Of a DNA stretch of 64,000 nucleotides, positions 49,683 to 61,600 are shown one piece after another (positions within the stretch are counted from its first letter, which is position 1; each line of letters starts with the position of its first letter). Below the pieces are notes generated by a model. The model worked only from the letters and a program-made list of their open reading frames with translations. It made no database searches and had not been told where the DNA came from. This stretch comes from Squalus acanthias (lineage: Eukaryota). The stretch covers positions 82,896,001-82,960,000 of the forward strand of contig CM059432.1 of NCBI GenBank assembly GCA_030390025.1, read 5' to 3'. The translations under genes were made by a program, and so were the position numbers.

Positions 49683-51259
49683 CATAGAATCATAGAAGAT
49701 AGGAGCAGGAGTAGGCCATTCGGCCCCTCTAGCCTGCTCCGCCATTCAATGCGATCATGGCTGATCATACAAATTCAGTACCCTGTCCCTGCTTTCTCCC
49801 CATATCCCTTGATCCCTTTAGCCTTAAGAAATATATCCAACTCCTTCTTGAATCTATTTAATGAATTGGCCTCTACTGCCTTCTGTGGCAGAGAATTCCA
49901 CAGGTTCACCACTCTGGGTGAAGAAATTCCTCCTCATTTCTGTCCTAAATGGCTTATCCCTTATCCTTAGACTGTGACCCCTGGTTCTGGACTCCCCGAC
50001 CATCGGGAACATCCTTCGTGCATCTAGTTTGTCCTGTCCTGTTAGAATTTTATAAGTTTCAATGAGATCCCCTCTCATTCTTCTAAACTCCAGCGAGTAT
50101 AAGCCCAATCGACCCAATCTCTCTTCATACGTCATTCCTGCCATCCCAGGTATCAGCCTTGTGAATCTTCGCTGAACTCCTTCCATGGCAAGAACATCCT
50201 TCCTCAGATAAGGCGACCAAAACTGCACACAGTACACAAGGTGTGGTCTCACCAAGGCCCTGTACAACTGCAGCAAGACATCCTTGTTCCTGTACTCAAA
50301 CCCTCTCACTATGAAGGCCAACATACCATTTGCCTTCTTAACCGCCTGCTGCACCTGCATGCTTACCTTCAGCGACTGGTGCACAAGGACACCCAGGTCT
50401 CGTTGCACTTCCCCTTCTCCCAATCTATTGCCATTCAGGTAATAGTCTGCCTTTCTGTTTTTGACACCAAAGTGGATAACCTCGCATTTATCCACGTTAT
50501 ATTGCATCTGCCACGCTTCTGCCCAATCACCCAACCTGTCCAAATCATCCTGGAGTTTCTCGGCATCCTCCTCGCAGCACACACGCCCACCCAGTTTTGT
50601 GTCGTCTGCAAACTTGGAGATATTACATTTAGTTCCCTTGTCTAGATCATTAATATATATTGTGAATAGCTGGGGTCCAAGGACCGATCCCTGCGGTACC
50701 CCACTAGTCACTGCCTACCACTCGGAAAAAGACCCGTTTATTGCAACTCTTTGCTTTCTGTCTGCCAACCAGTTCTCTATCCAAGTCAATACCTTGCCCC
50801 CAATCCCATGTGCCTTAACTTTACACGCTAATCTCTTATGCGGGACCTTATCAAAAGCCTTTTGGAAGTCCAAATACATCACATCCACTGGTTCTCCCTT
50901 ATCTATTTTACCAGTTACAACCTCAAAAAATTCCAATAGATTAGTCAAGCATGATTTACCTTTTGTAAATCCATGTTGACTTTGTCCGATCCTGTCACTG
51001 TTTTTCAAGTGCTCAGCTATTACATCTTTTATAATGGACTCTAGCATTTTCCCCACTACCGATGTCAGGCTTACCGGTCTGTAATTCACCGTTTTCTCAC
51101 TACCACCCTTTTTGAATAGTGGGGTAACATTAGCTACCCTCCAATCCATGGGTACTGTTCCAGATTCCATCGAATGTTGGAAGATGATCAGCAATGCATC
51201 TACTATTTCTAGGGCCACTTCCTTAAGTACCCTAGGATGTAGATTATCAGGCCCTGGGG
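49683..51259 (-). mobile_element. Young 5'-truncated CR1 RT copy
   Basis: ORFs 50715..51218 and 49854..50711 are in the same frame, separated only by one TAG (SEW*AVTSG). Confidence 0.95.
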
Positions 51260-52130
51260 ATTTGCTGACGATACAAAGCTAGGTGGAAAAGTAAGCTGTG
51301 AGGAGGACAGAAAGAGCCTGCAAAGGGATATAGAAAAGGTTAAGTGAGTGGGTAATAAAGTGGCATAATGTATAATGTGGGGAAATGTGAGGTTATTCAC
51401 TTTGGTAGGGAGAATAGAAAAACAGAATATTTTTTAAATGGTGAGAAACTATTAAATGTTGGTGTTCAGAGAGATTTAGATGTCCTTGTACAGGAATCAC
51501 AGAAAGTTAGCATGCAGGTACAGCAAGCAATTAGGAAGGCAATTGACATGTTAGCCTTAATGCAAGGGGGTTGGAGTACAAGAATGAGGACGTCTTACTA
51601 CAATTGTACAGGACTTTGGTGAGACCACACCTGGAGTACTGTGCACAGTTTTGGTCTCCTTATCGGAGGAAGGACATACTTGCCTTAGAGGCGGTGCAAT
51701 GAAGGTTCACTAGACTGATCCCTGGGATGAGGGTTGTCCTATGAGGATAGATTGTGTAGAATGGGCCTATACTCTCTGGAGTTTAGAAGAATGAGAGGTG
51801 ATCTCATTGAAACATACAAGATTCTGAGGGGGATTGACAGGGTAGATGCTGAGAGGTTGTTTTCCCTGGCTGGAGAGTCTAGAACTAGGGGGCATAGTCT
51901 CAGGATAAGGGTCAGCAATTTAAGACTGAGATGAGGAGGAATTTCTTCACTCAGAGGGTTGTGAATCTTTGGAATTCTCTAGGCTGAGATAGATAGATTT
52001 TTGGACTCTAGGAGAATCAAGGGATATGGGGCAGGAAAGTAGAGTTGAGGTCGAAGATCAACCATGATCTTATTGAATAGCGGAGCAGGTTCGAGGGGCC
52101 GTATGGCCTACGCCTAATTCTTATGTTCTT

Positions 52131-52383
52131 ACATTGCTGTGGGTCTGGAGTCAAGTATAGGCCAGACCAGATAAGGACGGCAGGTTTCCTTCCCTAAAGG
52201 AAGGACATTAGTTAACCAGTTGGGTTTTTAACCACATTCCGGTAGCTTGATGGTCACCATTACTGATACTAGCTTTTTATTCCAGATTTATTTAATTAAC
52301 TGAACTTAAATTCCTCACTCCAGATTATTAGTCTAAGCCTCTGGATTACTAGTCCAGTAACATAACCATTATGCTACCGTAGT
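52131..52383 (-). mobile_element. tRNA-like 5' head of the LINE at 45445-49128, displaced by the CR1 insertion
   Basis: A box tagcataatgg near 52370-52380 (minus); joins 49128 as aaccacattgctgtggg; homologous to 42420-42800. Confidence 0.75.
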
Positions 52384-53199
52384 CCACATCCGGTGGAGTT
52401 CACCTCCATCAGCTAGGTGCATCTCTCCAAAATGGTCTGTAATTAATGACACTGCACCCAAAACTTCAGCATGAGCTTAACTGTGGTATAATCATACCTC
52501 CTTAACCAGCTGTGCAACATTTTTCACAAACCAAACTGGTGCTGCAATACCATTATAATTGCCTTAAAATAAACCCGTTCTACATCTGACTTTCAGCAAT
52601 AAGGCAACAAAATCAACGTTGCATGTACAATGCTGTCTAAAGAAAAATGTGCAGGTCAGCAGCCCTGGAAGCCAAAAAAAATGGCATGTAGGGGGGAAAA
52701 AACCCACCAACAAGCCAGTTATACATCTGCATCAAACTAAAATTAGAAAAACTGCCATATGGCTCCATGAAACCTGGAGCATTCATATTCATTAGGAAGC
52801 ATTCTACTCCCAGAAAAACACAAGACCCTTCCTGCGCTCTCCCAATGTGTTTATCTTTTCAACATTAATGCACTATATTTCACTGCGCTGCTGAAATTTC
52901 CTGCAGTGCATATTAAACACCACAGCTGCACTTTTTCCTCAGTGTTTACACTTACTGGGAGCAAGGAAAGAACAAAGCTCTGTACTGTGCCAGGTACAGC
53001 TGCTATGATATTAATCAAGCTTTTCTTTAACCCTGCCTTTCCTTTAGCTATCACGATACTTATGGACGAGGAACGCCATCTTAATTTATCCAACCAGAAT
53101 AACCCTCCGACCCCAATTGTTGCATCATTTCTAATGATTCCAGGCTTTTCATTTTCACCACTCTGCCCTCCGTGGTCTAAACGCAGTGCTTCTAAACAA

Positions 53200-55980
53200 A
53201 GTGTTAAAATTGCGAATTCGGAGAGAGTGGGAATTCGGAGCAGAGGGGGAAGGAGGTGCTGGTTTTTGCCTCCAAAACTTGTAGTGCTTTGTGTTACAGA
53301 TAAATATTTAATTTCATCTACCTATAACATAAACTAGATCTAGTAATTAGTTAAAAAAACTAAACTATAAGCGAAGTTAATTAAATACATGGACTCTAAT
53401 TAATTAAATAAATAAAACAAGGTTATTTTGGGATGGCAGTGCAGGTGGTGTGCCGTAACTGCAGCATGTGGGAGCTTGCATCAAGCATTGGGATCCCGGA
53501 CGACGTCTTTAGTAAGTGTCTGCATCTCGAGGAACTTCAGCTCAGAGGTGCAGACACTGCGGGGCATCAGGGAGGGGGGGGGAAGAGTTACCTCGACACA
53601 TTGATCCAGGAGGCAGTCACACCCCTCAGGTTAGGTAGTGGTCAGGGACAGGAGGGTGTGACTGCGACTCAGGGGACCCCAGGTGCCGTGCTGGAGGAGT
53701 CTCGGCCTTTGCCCTTATCCAACAAGTATGAGGTTCTTGCTGCCTGTGTGGATGAGGGCAAAGTCTGCAGGGTGGATGACAAACTGACCATGGCACCGTG
53801 GTACAGGAGGCCATTCAAGTGGGGGGAGTGAAAAGGAATGTTGTAATGGTAGGGTCAGTATAGTCAAGGGGATAGGTACTGTTCTCTGCAGCCGTGACCG
53901 GGAGTTCCAAAGGCTGTGCTGCCAGGGTGAAGGATATCTCCTCGCAGCTGGAGAAGAACTTGGAGTGGGAGGGGGAGGATCCAGTTATCGTGGTCCACAT
54001 AGGAACCAACGACATAGGTAGAACTAGGAATGAGCTTCTGCTGAGGGAGTTTGAGGAGCTAGGGTCTAAATTAAAACGCAGAACCTCAAAGGTAACAATC
54101 TCTGGATTGTTACTTGAACCATGTGCAAATTTGCTTCGGGCCAAGCAGATCAAAGAGTTAAATGCATGCCTTAAATAGTGGTGTGGGAGGAAGGGGTTTC
54201 AATTCATGGGGCACTGGCACTAGCACTGGGGAAAAGAGGGAGCTGTTCTGTTGGGATGGGATCCACTTAAACTAGGCTGGCAAAAGTGTCCTGGCGAATC
54301 AAATAAATAGGGCTGTAAATAGGGTTTAAAACTAAAAAAGGGGAGGTGGGGGGAGGGGTCAGGTGAGGGGAAATCTAGAAATCTGAAGAGAAAAGTCAAG
54401 GCAATGGAGCAGTGTAGCGATTTGGGTAAAGATAAGCGGAGTGCGACAGGAAGGGACAGAGAGTTTAACGGTAATAGTGAATCAGCGAATAAGGTGAAAG
54501 CAGGGAATAAATGGTAAAAAGTTCAAATTAAAGGCTCTTTATCTGAATGCACAAAGCATTCGTAACGAGATAGATGAATTAGTGGCACAAAGAGATCAAT
54601 GTGTTTGATCTAATAGCCATTACAGAGAGGTGGTTGCAAGGCGACCAAGGTTGGGAACTAAATATTCCAGGGTACTTGACATTTCGAAAAGACAGACAGA
54701 ATGGAAAAGAAGGGGGTTGCCTTGACAAAGGATGACACAAGGTATTAATGAGAAAGGATCTCGGCTCGGAAAATCAGGAAGTAGAATCAGTATGGGTGGA
54801 GATAAGAAATAACAAGGGGCAGAAAACACTGGTTGTAGTAGTTTATAGGCCCCAAACAGTAGCTATACCGTTGGACAGAGTATTAATCAAGAAATAATAG
54901 GAGCTTGTAGCAAAGGTAATACAATAATTGTGGGGGACTTTAATCTGCACATAGATTGGGCAAATCAAATTGGCAAAGGTAGTCTGGAGGACGAGTTCAT
55001 GGAATGCATTCGAGACAGTTTCCCAGAACAATACGTCGTGGAACCAACCAGGGAACAGGCTATTTTAAATCTTGTATTGTATAATGAGACAGGGTTAATT
55101 AGTAATCTTATAGTAAAGGATCCTCTGGGGAGGAGTGATCATAATAAGTATTTTACTCTCAAACTCAATGTGAAATTCTAACTCCGAAACGAGAGTCTTA
55201 AACGTAAAACCAATTACATAGGTACGAAAGGAGAGTTGGCTAATGTAGATTGGGAAATTAGATTAAAAGATATGACAGCAGATAAGCAGTGGCAAACATT
55301 TAAAGAAATATTCCAAAATTCTCAACAAATATACATTCCATTGAGAAATAAAAACTCCACAGGAAAAGTGGTTCATCTGTGCCTAACTAAAGAAGTTGAG
55401 GATAGGATTAGATTAAAAGAGGCTTAAAATGTTGCGAAGAATACTAGTAAGCCTGAGGATTGGGAGAGCTTTAGAAACCAGCAAGGGATGACCAAACAGT
55501 TGATGAACAAGGGAGAAAATAGGAGAGTAAACTAGCAAGAAATATAAAAACAGATTGTAAGAGCTTCTACAAGTATGTAAAAAGGAAGAGAGAGCAAAAG
55601 TAAGCATTGGTCTCTTCGAGCCTGAGACAGGAGAAATTATAGTGGGGAATAAGGAAATGGCAGAGACTTTAAATAAATATTTTGTATCTGTCTTCATAGA
55701 AGGCGGCAAAAAGCATACCAAAAATAGTGGGGAACCAAGGGGCTAATGAGAGTGAAAAACTTAAAGAAATTCTCTACCCCCAGAGGGCTGTGGAGGCTCA
55801 GTCGTTGAGTATATTCAAGACTGAGATCGCTAGATTTTTGAATATTAAGGGAATCAAGGGATGTGGGGATAGTGCAGGAAAGTGGAGATGAGGTAGAAGA
55901 TCAGTCATGATCTTATTGAATGGCGGAGCAGGCTCGAAGGGCCAAATGGCCTACTCCTGCTCCTATTTCTTATGTTATGT
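53200..55980 (+). mobile_element. CR1 LINE with 5'UTR, ORF1 (Zn-finger plus SGNH/GDSL esterase), APE, and a large internal deletion to the 3' end
   Basis: CRNCSMWE..SKCLHL and VVHIGTNDIG (ORFs 53433, 53894); GDFN/SDHN; jump at ~55770 from LKEI to NSLPQRAV. Confidence 0.9.
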
Positions 55981-56985
55981 TCATTGATATAGATTGCAAA
56001 TAGCTGAGGCCCAAGCACTGATCCTTGTGGTACCCCACTAATTACAGCCTGCCAACCCGAAAATGATCCGTTTATTCCTAATCTCTGTTTTCTGTCTGTT
56101 AACCAATCCTTAATCCATGCTCGTATATTACCCCCAATCCCATGAGCCCTAATTTTGTTTAATAACCTCTTGTGTGACACCTTATCGAATGCCATCTGAA
56201 AATCCAAATACACTACATCCACTGGTTCCCCCTTATCTATCCTGCTACTTACAACCTCAAAAAACTAAGATTTATCAAACACGATTTCCCTTTCATAAAT
56301 CCATGTCGACTCTGCCCAATCCTATTATTACTTTCCAAGTGCCCTGTTACCACGTCCTTAATAATAGATTCTAGCATTTTCCCTACTACGGAGGTCAGGC
56401 TAACTGGTCTAGTTCCCCGTTTTCTCTCTCCCTCCTTTCTTAAATAGTGGGGTTACATTTGCTACCTTCCAATCCGTGGGAACCGTTCCAGAATCTATGG
56501 AGTTTTGGAAGATGACAACCAATGCATCCACTATCTCTATAACCACCTCTTTCAAGTAGGCCATCAGGTCCAGGGGATTTATCGGCTTTCAGGCCCATTA
56601 ATTTCTCCAGTACTATTTTTTTTTTACTAATACTAATTTCTTTCAGTTCCTCATTCCTTGGTTCTCCACTATTTCCGGGAAGTTTTTTGCATCTTCTTAC
56701 ATGAAGACAGACAGAAAGTATGTGTTTAATTTCTCTGCCATGTCCTTATTCCCCATTATAATTTCTCCTGTCTCAATCTGTAAGGAACCCACATTTACTT
56801 TTTACATACCTATAGAAGCTTAGTCTGTTTTTATGTCTCTCGCTTGTTTACTCTCAAATCCTATTTTCCATTTCTTTATCAATTTCTTGGTCCTCCTTTG
56901 CTGAATTCTAAAATCCTCCCAATCCTCAGGCTTACTATTTTTGGCAACATTATAGGCCTCTTCCTTTAATCTAATACTATCTTTG
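55981..56985 (-). mobile_element. CR1 RT fragment
   Basis: ORF 55905..56222 has DVVYLDFQMAFDKV and [10 protein letters not shown]. Confidence 0.9.
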
Positions 56986-56989
56986 GAAG

Positions 56990-57880
56990 ACAACTGACAT
57001 CAGTTGTCGGGAAAATGCTGGCATCCATTAAGGAAGTGGTAACAGGGCATTTAGAAAATCATAATATAATTAAGCAGAGTCAACATGGTTTTATGAAAGG
57101 GAAATTGTGTTTGTCAAATTTATTAGTTTTTTGAGGATGTAACTAGCAGGCTAGATAAAGGGAAACCACGGATGTCATATATTTGGCTATCCAAAAGGCA
57201 TTCTATAAAAGGTGCCACATAAAAGGTTGTTACGCAAGATAAAGTCTCATGGGGTTAGGAGTAATATATTAGCATGGAGAGGATTGGTTAACGGACAGAA
57301 ATCAAGAGAGTAGCGATAAACGGATCACTTTCAGGTTGGCAGGCTGTAACTAGTGGAGTGCCGCAAGGATCCGTGCTTGGGCCTCAGCTATTTACAATTT
57401 ATATTAATGACTAGCTGAAGGGACTGAGTATAACGTATCCAAGTTTGCTGATGATACAATCTACAGAGATTGAGTAGACTGGGCCTATACTCTGGAGTTT
57501 AGATGAATGAGAAGTGATCTCATTGAAACATACAAGATTCTGAGGGGGATTGACGGGGTAAATGCTGAGGTTTTTCCCCCTGGCTGGAGAGTCTAGAACT
57601 AGGGAGCATAGTCTCAGGATAAGGGTCGGCAATTTAAGACTGAAATGAGGAGGAATTTCTTCACTCAGAGGGTTGTGAATCTTTGGAATTCTCTATCCCA
57701 AAAGGCTGTGAAAACTGAATCATTGAGTATATTCAAGACTGAGATAGATAGACTTTCAGACTCCAGGGGAATCAAGGGAGATGGAGATTGGGCAGGAAAT
57801 TGGAGCCATGATCTTATTGAATGGCGGAGAAGGCTCGAGAGGCCATATGGCCTACTCCTGCTCCTAATTCTTATGTTCGT
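56990..57880 (+). mobile_element. CR1 RT fragment and 3' end, internally deleted after FADDT
   Basis: [14 protein letters not shown] and FADDT, then a jump to [23 protein letters not shown]; tail. Confidence 0.9.
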
Positions 57881-58639
57881 ATGTTTAACTGAAATTGCCC
57901 CACAAATATCTGGAAGATAAAATAGTGAAGGATCACCTGCCTTAAAGTATATACCTTCCTTTCAAATACTTTTAAGCACAGTTTTGAAGGACTGCAAATG
58001 TTTTGAAACCCAAAAAATGCAGTTCACACGTTGGTATTTTAAAAATAAGGTCTGAACAACTTAAACCCATTCAGCCTGTAGACACATTAACTGAAGCCAA
58101 AAATGAATCGATGAACTGAACTTAGAGGTAGTTTATGATCGACAGCATGGCAAGAAACAAAGTTATTCTGCCACCACCTTTGTGGCATTATAAACGTCGG
58201 AGTTCGGGTTGGATCTGACATACAAGCACAGTAAAGTGAGAGATGTGAAACCACTTCTAGTAGAAAATCTCTCACTGAGTTCACACCACATGAAGTGTAA
58301 ATCCAGCCTGCTGCAAGCTTCATTTTAAAAGTTCCCAGGCTGTCCACTGGACTGCCTGGAGACTTTTTGGTTTCAATCTTTTAAAATAAGCAGATGCTTC
58401 CACTCACTCTCGTAGCATTAAAAATAGGCATCCATGAAGCGCAGCTCTGTTCATTCAGCCAAGCACACATACAGAGCTTCAATGTTGCTAATTTCAGTGT
58501 ACGGTGCAGTTGCCAGTATAACTTGGGTTTGCCAACTGAGCAATACACTCAATACTTTGATTGTCTATTGCAAGAAAGTACAAATGCTTTAATACATGAC
58601 TTCTCTTTTTAGGAACACTCAATAACAGCTGGTTTTTTT

Positions 58640-61600
58640 TTTATTCGTTCATGGGATGTAGGCGTCGCTGGCAAGGCCAGCAATCATTGCCCATCCCTCG
58701 TTGCCCTAGAGAAGGTAGTGGTGAGCTGCCGCCTTGAACCGCTGCTGTGTGGTGAAGGTACTCCCACAGTGCTGTTCGGGAGGGAGTTCCAGGATTTTGA
58801 CCTAGCGACGATGAAGGATCGACGATATACTTCCAAGTCAGGATGGTGGGTGACTTGGAGGTGGTGGTGTTCCCATGCACCTGATGCCCTTGTTCTTCTA
58901 GGTGGAAGAGGTGGCGGGTTTGGGAGGTGCTGCTGAAGGCTTGGCGAGTTGCTGCAGTGCATCTTGTAGATGGTACACACTGCAGCCACGGAATGCCGGT
59001 GGTGGAGGGAGTGAATGTTTAAGGTACTGGATGGGGTGCCAATCAAGCGGGCTGCTATGTCCTGGATGGTGTCGAGCTTCTTGAGTGTTGTTGGAGCTGC
59101 ACTCATCCAGGCAAGTAGAGAGTATTCCATCACACGCCGGACTTGCCTTGTAGATGGTGGAAAGGCTTTGGGGAGTCAGGTGGTGAGACACTCGACGCAG
59201 AATCCCCAGCCTCTGAACTGCTCTTGTTGCTACAGTATGTGTGTGGCTGGACCAGTTAAGTTTCTGGTCAATGGTGACCCCCAGGATATGGATGATGGGG
59301 GATTCGGTGATGGCAATGCCGTTGAATGTCAAGGGGCGGTGGTTAGACTCTCGCTTGTTGGAGATAGTCATTGCCTGGCACTTGTGTGGCGCGAATGTTA
59401 CCTGCCACTTATCAGGCCAAGCCTGAATGTTGTCTAAGTCTTGCTGCATGCAGGCATGGACTGCTTCATTATCTGAGGAGTTGCGAATGGAATTCAGCTC
59501 TTTTGTCCATGTTTGGACCAAGGCTGTAATGAGGTCTGGAGACAAGTGGTCCTGGTGGAACCCAAAACTGGTCATCAGTGAGCCGGTTACTGGTGAGTAA
59601 GTGCTGCTTGATAGAAGGTGTCGTCGACAGTGCTATCACTTTGCTGATGATTGAGAGTAGACTGATGGGGCGGTAATTGGCCGGGTTGGATTTGTCCTGC
59701 TTTTTGTCGACAGCTGGGATGTTGTCAGGGCCCACAGCCTTTGCTGTATCCAGTGCGCTCAGCCGTTTCTTGATATCACGTGGAGTGAATCGAATTGGCT
59801 GAAGACTAGCTTCTGTGGTGATGGGGACCTCAGGAGCAGGCCGATATGGATCATCCACTTGGCACTTCTGGCTGAAGATAGAAACAGAAAAATAGGAGCA
59901 GGAGTAGGCCATTCGGCCCTCCGCTATTCAATATGATCATGGCTGATCCTCTTTCTCAATACCATATTCCCGCTCTCTCCCCATACCCCTTGACGCCTTT
60001 TGTGTCTAGAAATCTATCTATCTCCTTCTTAAATAAATTCAGTGACTTGGCCTCCACAGCCTTCTGTAGTAGAAAATTCCACAGGTTCACCACCCTCTGA
60101 GTGAAGACATTTCTCCTCATTTCAGTCCTACATGTCCTACCCCGTATCCGGAGACTGTGACCCCTCGTTCTAGATCCCCCAGCCAGGGGAAACATCCTCC
60201 CTGCATCCAGTCTGTCTAGCCCTGTCAGAATTTTATGCATTTCAATGAGATCCCCTCTCATTCTTCTAAACTCTAGTGAATACAGGCCTAGTCGACCCAA
60301 TCTCTCCTCATACGACAGTCCTGCCATCCCAGGAATCAGTCTGGTGAACCTTCGCTGCACTCTATGGCAAGTATATCCTTTCTTAGGTAAGGAGACCAAA
60401 ACTGCACACAGTACTCCAGGTGTGGTCTCACCAAAGCCCTGTACAACTGTAGTAAGACATCCTTGCTCCTGTACTCAAATCCTCTTGCAATGAAGGCCAA
60501 CATACCATTTGCCTTCCTAACTGCTTGCTGCACCTGCATGTTTGTTTTCAGTGACTGGTGTACAAGGACACCCAGGTCCCTTTGTACATCAACATTTCCC
60601 AATCTATCACCATTTAAATAATACTCTGCCTTTCTGTTTTTCCTACCGAAGTGGATAACTTCACATTTATCCACGTTATACTGCATCTGCCATGTATTTG
60701 CCCACTCACTCAACTTGTCTAAATCGCCTTGAAGCCTCTTTGCATCCTCCTCACAATTCCACCTAGTTTCGTGTCGTCAGCAAACTTGGAAATATTACAT
60801 TTGGTTCCCTCATCCAAATCATTGATATATAGTGAATAGCTGGGGCCCAAGCACTGATCCCTGTGGTACCCCACTAGTCACCGCCTGCCACCCCAAAAAA
60901 GACCCATTTATTCCTACTCTCTTAACTAATTTTCAATCCATGCCGGTATATTACCCCACAATCCCATGTGCTTTAATTTTGCACACCAACTTCTTATGTG
61001 GGACTTTATCAAAGGCCTTCTGAAAATCCAAATACACCACATCCACTGGTTCTCCCTTATCTATTCTACCAGTTACATCCTCAAAAAACTCCAGTAGGTT
61101 TGTCAAACACTATTTCCCTTTCATAAATCCATGTTGACTTTGTCTAATCCCGTTGATATTTTCTAAGTGTCCTGTTATCACATCCTTTATAATAGACTCT
61201 AGCATTTTCCCTACTACTGATCTTAGGCTAACTGGTCTGTAGTTCCCTGTTTTCTCTCCCTCCTTTTTTAAATAGTGGGGTTACACTTGCCACCCTCCAA
61301 TTTGCAGGAACTAATCCATTAACTATAGAATTTTGGAAGATGACAATCAATGCATCCACTATTTCCATGGCTACCTCATTTAGTACTCTGGGATTCAGAT
61401 CATCAGGCCCTGGGGATTTATCAGCTTTCAGTCCCATTAATTTCTCCAGCACTATTTTTTTTACTAATACTAATTTCCTTTAATTCCTCCTTCTCACTAG
61501 ACCCTTGGTCCCTTAGCATTTTTGGGAAGTTATTTGTGTCCTCTACCATGAAGACAGAACCAAAGTATTTGTTTAATTGCTCATTAATGAGTCATTATTG

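Larger units (their letters stand above)
49129..52130 (+). mobile_element. CR1 LINE RT and 3' end, split at its FADD motif by an antisense CR1
   Basis: ...VSKF (49682) resumes as FADDT at ~51260; ends in a ttcttatg tail; acat repeated at both outer junctions. Confidence 0.9.

Noticed and set aside
50241..50979. Long antisense ORFs over LINE RT regions (also 62045..62488, 5488..5772 and others)
   Set aside because: Shadow ORFs of CR1 coding sequence, repeated in many copies.
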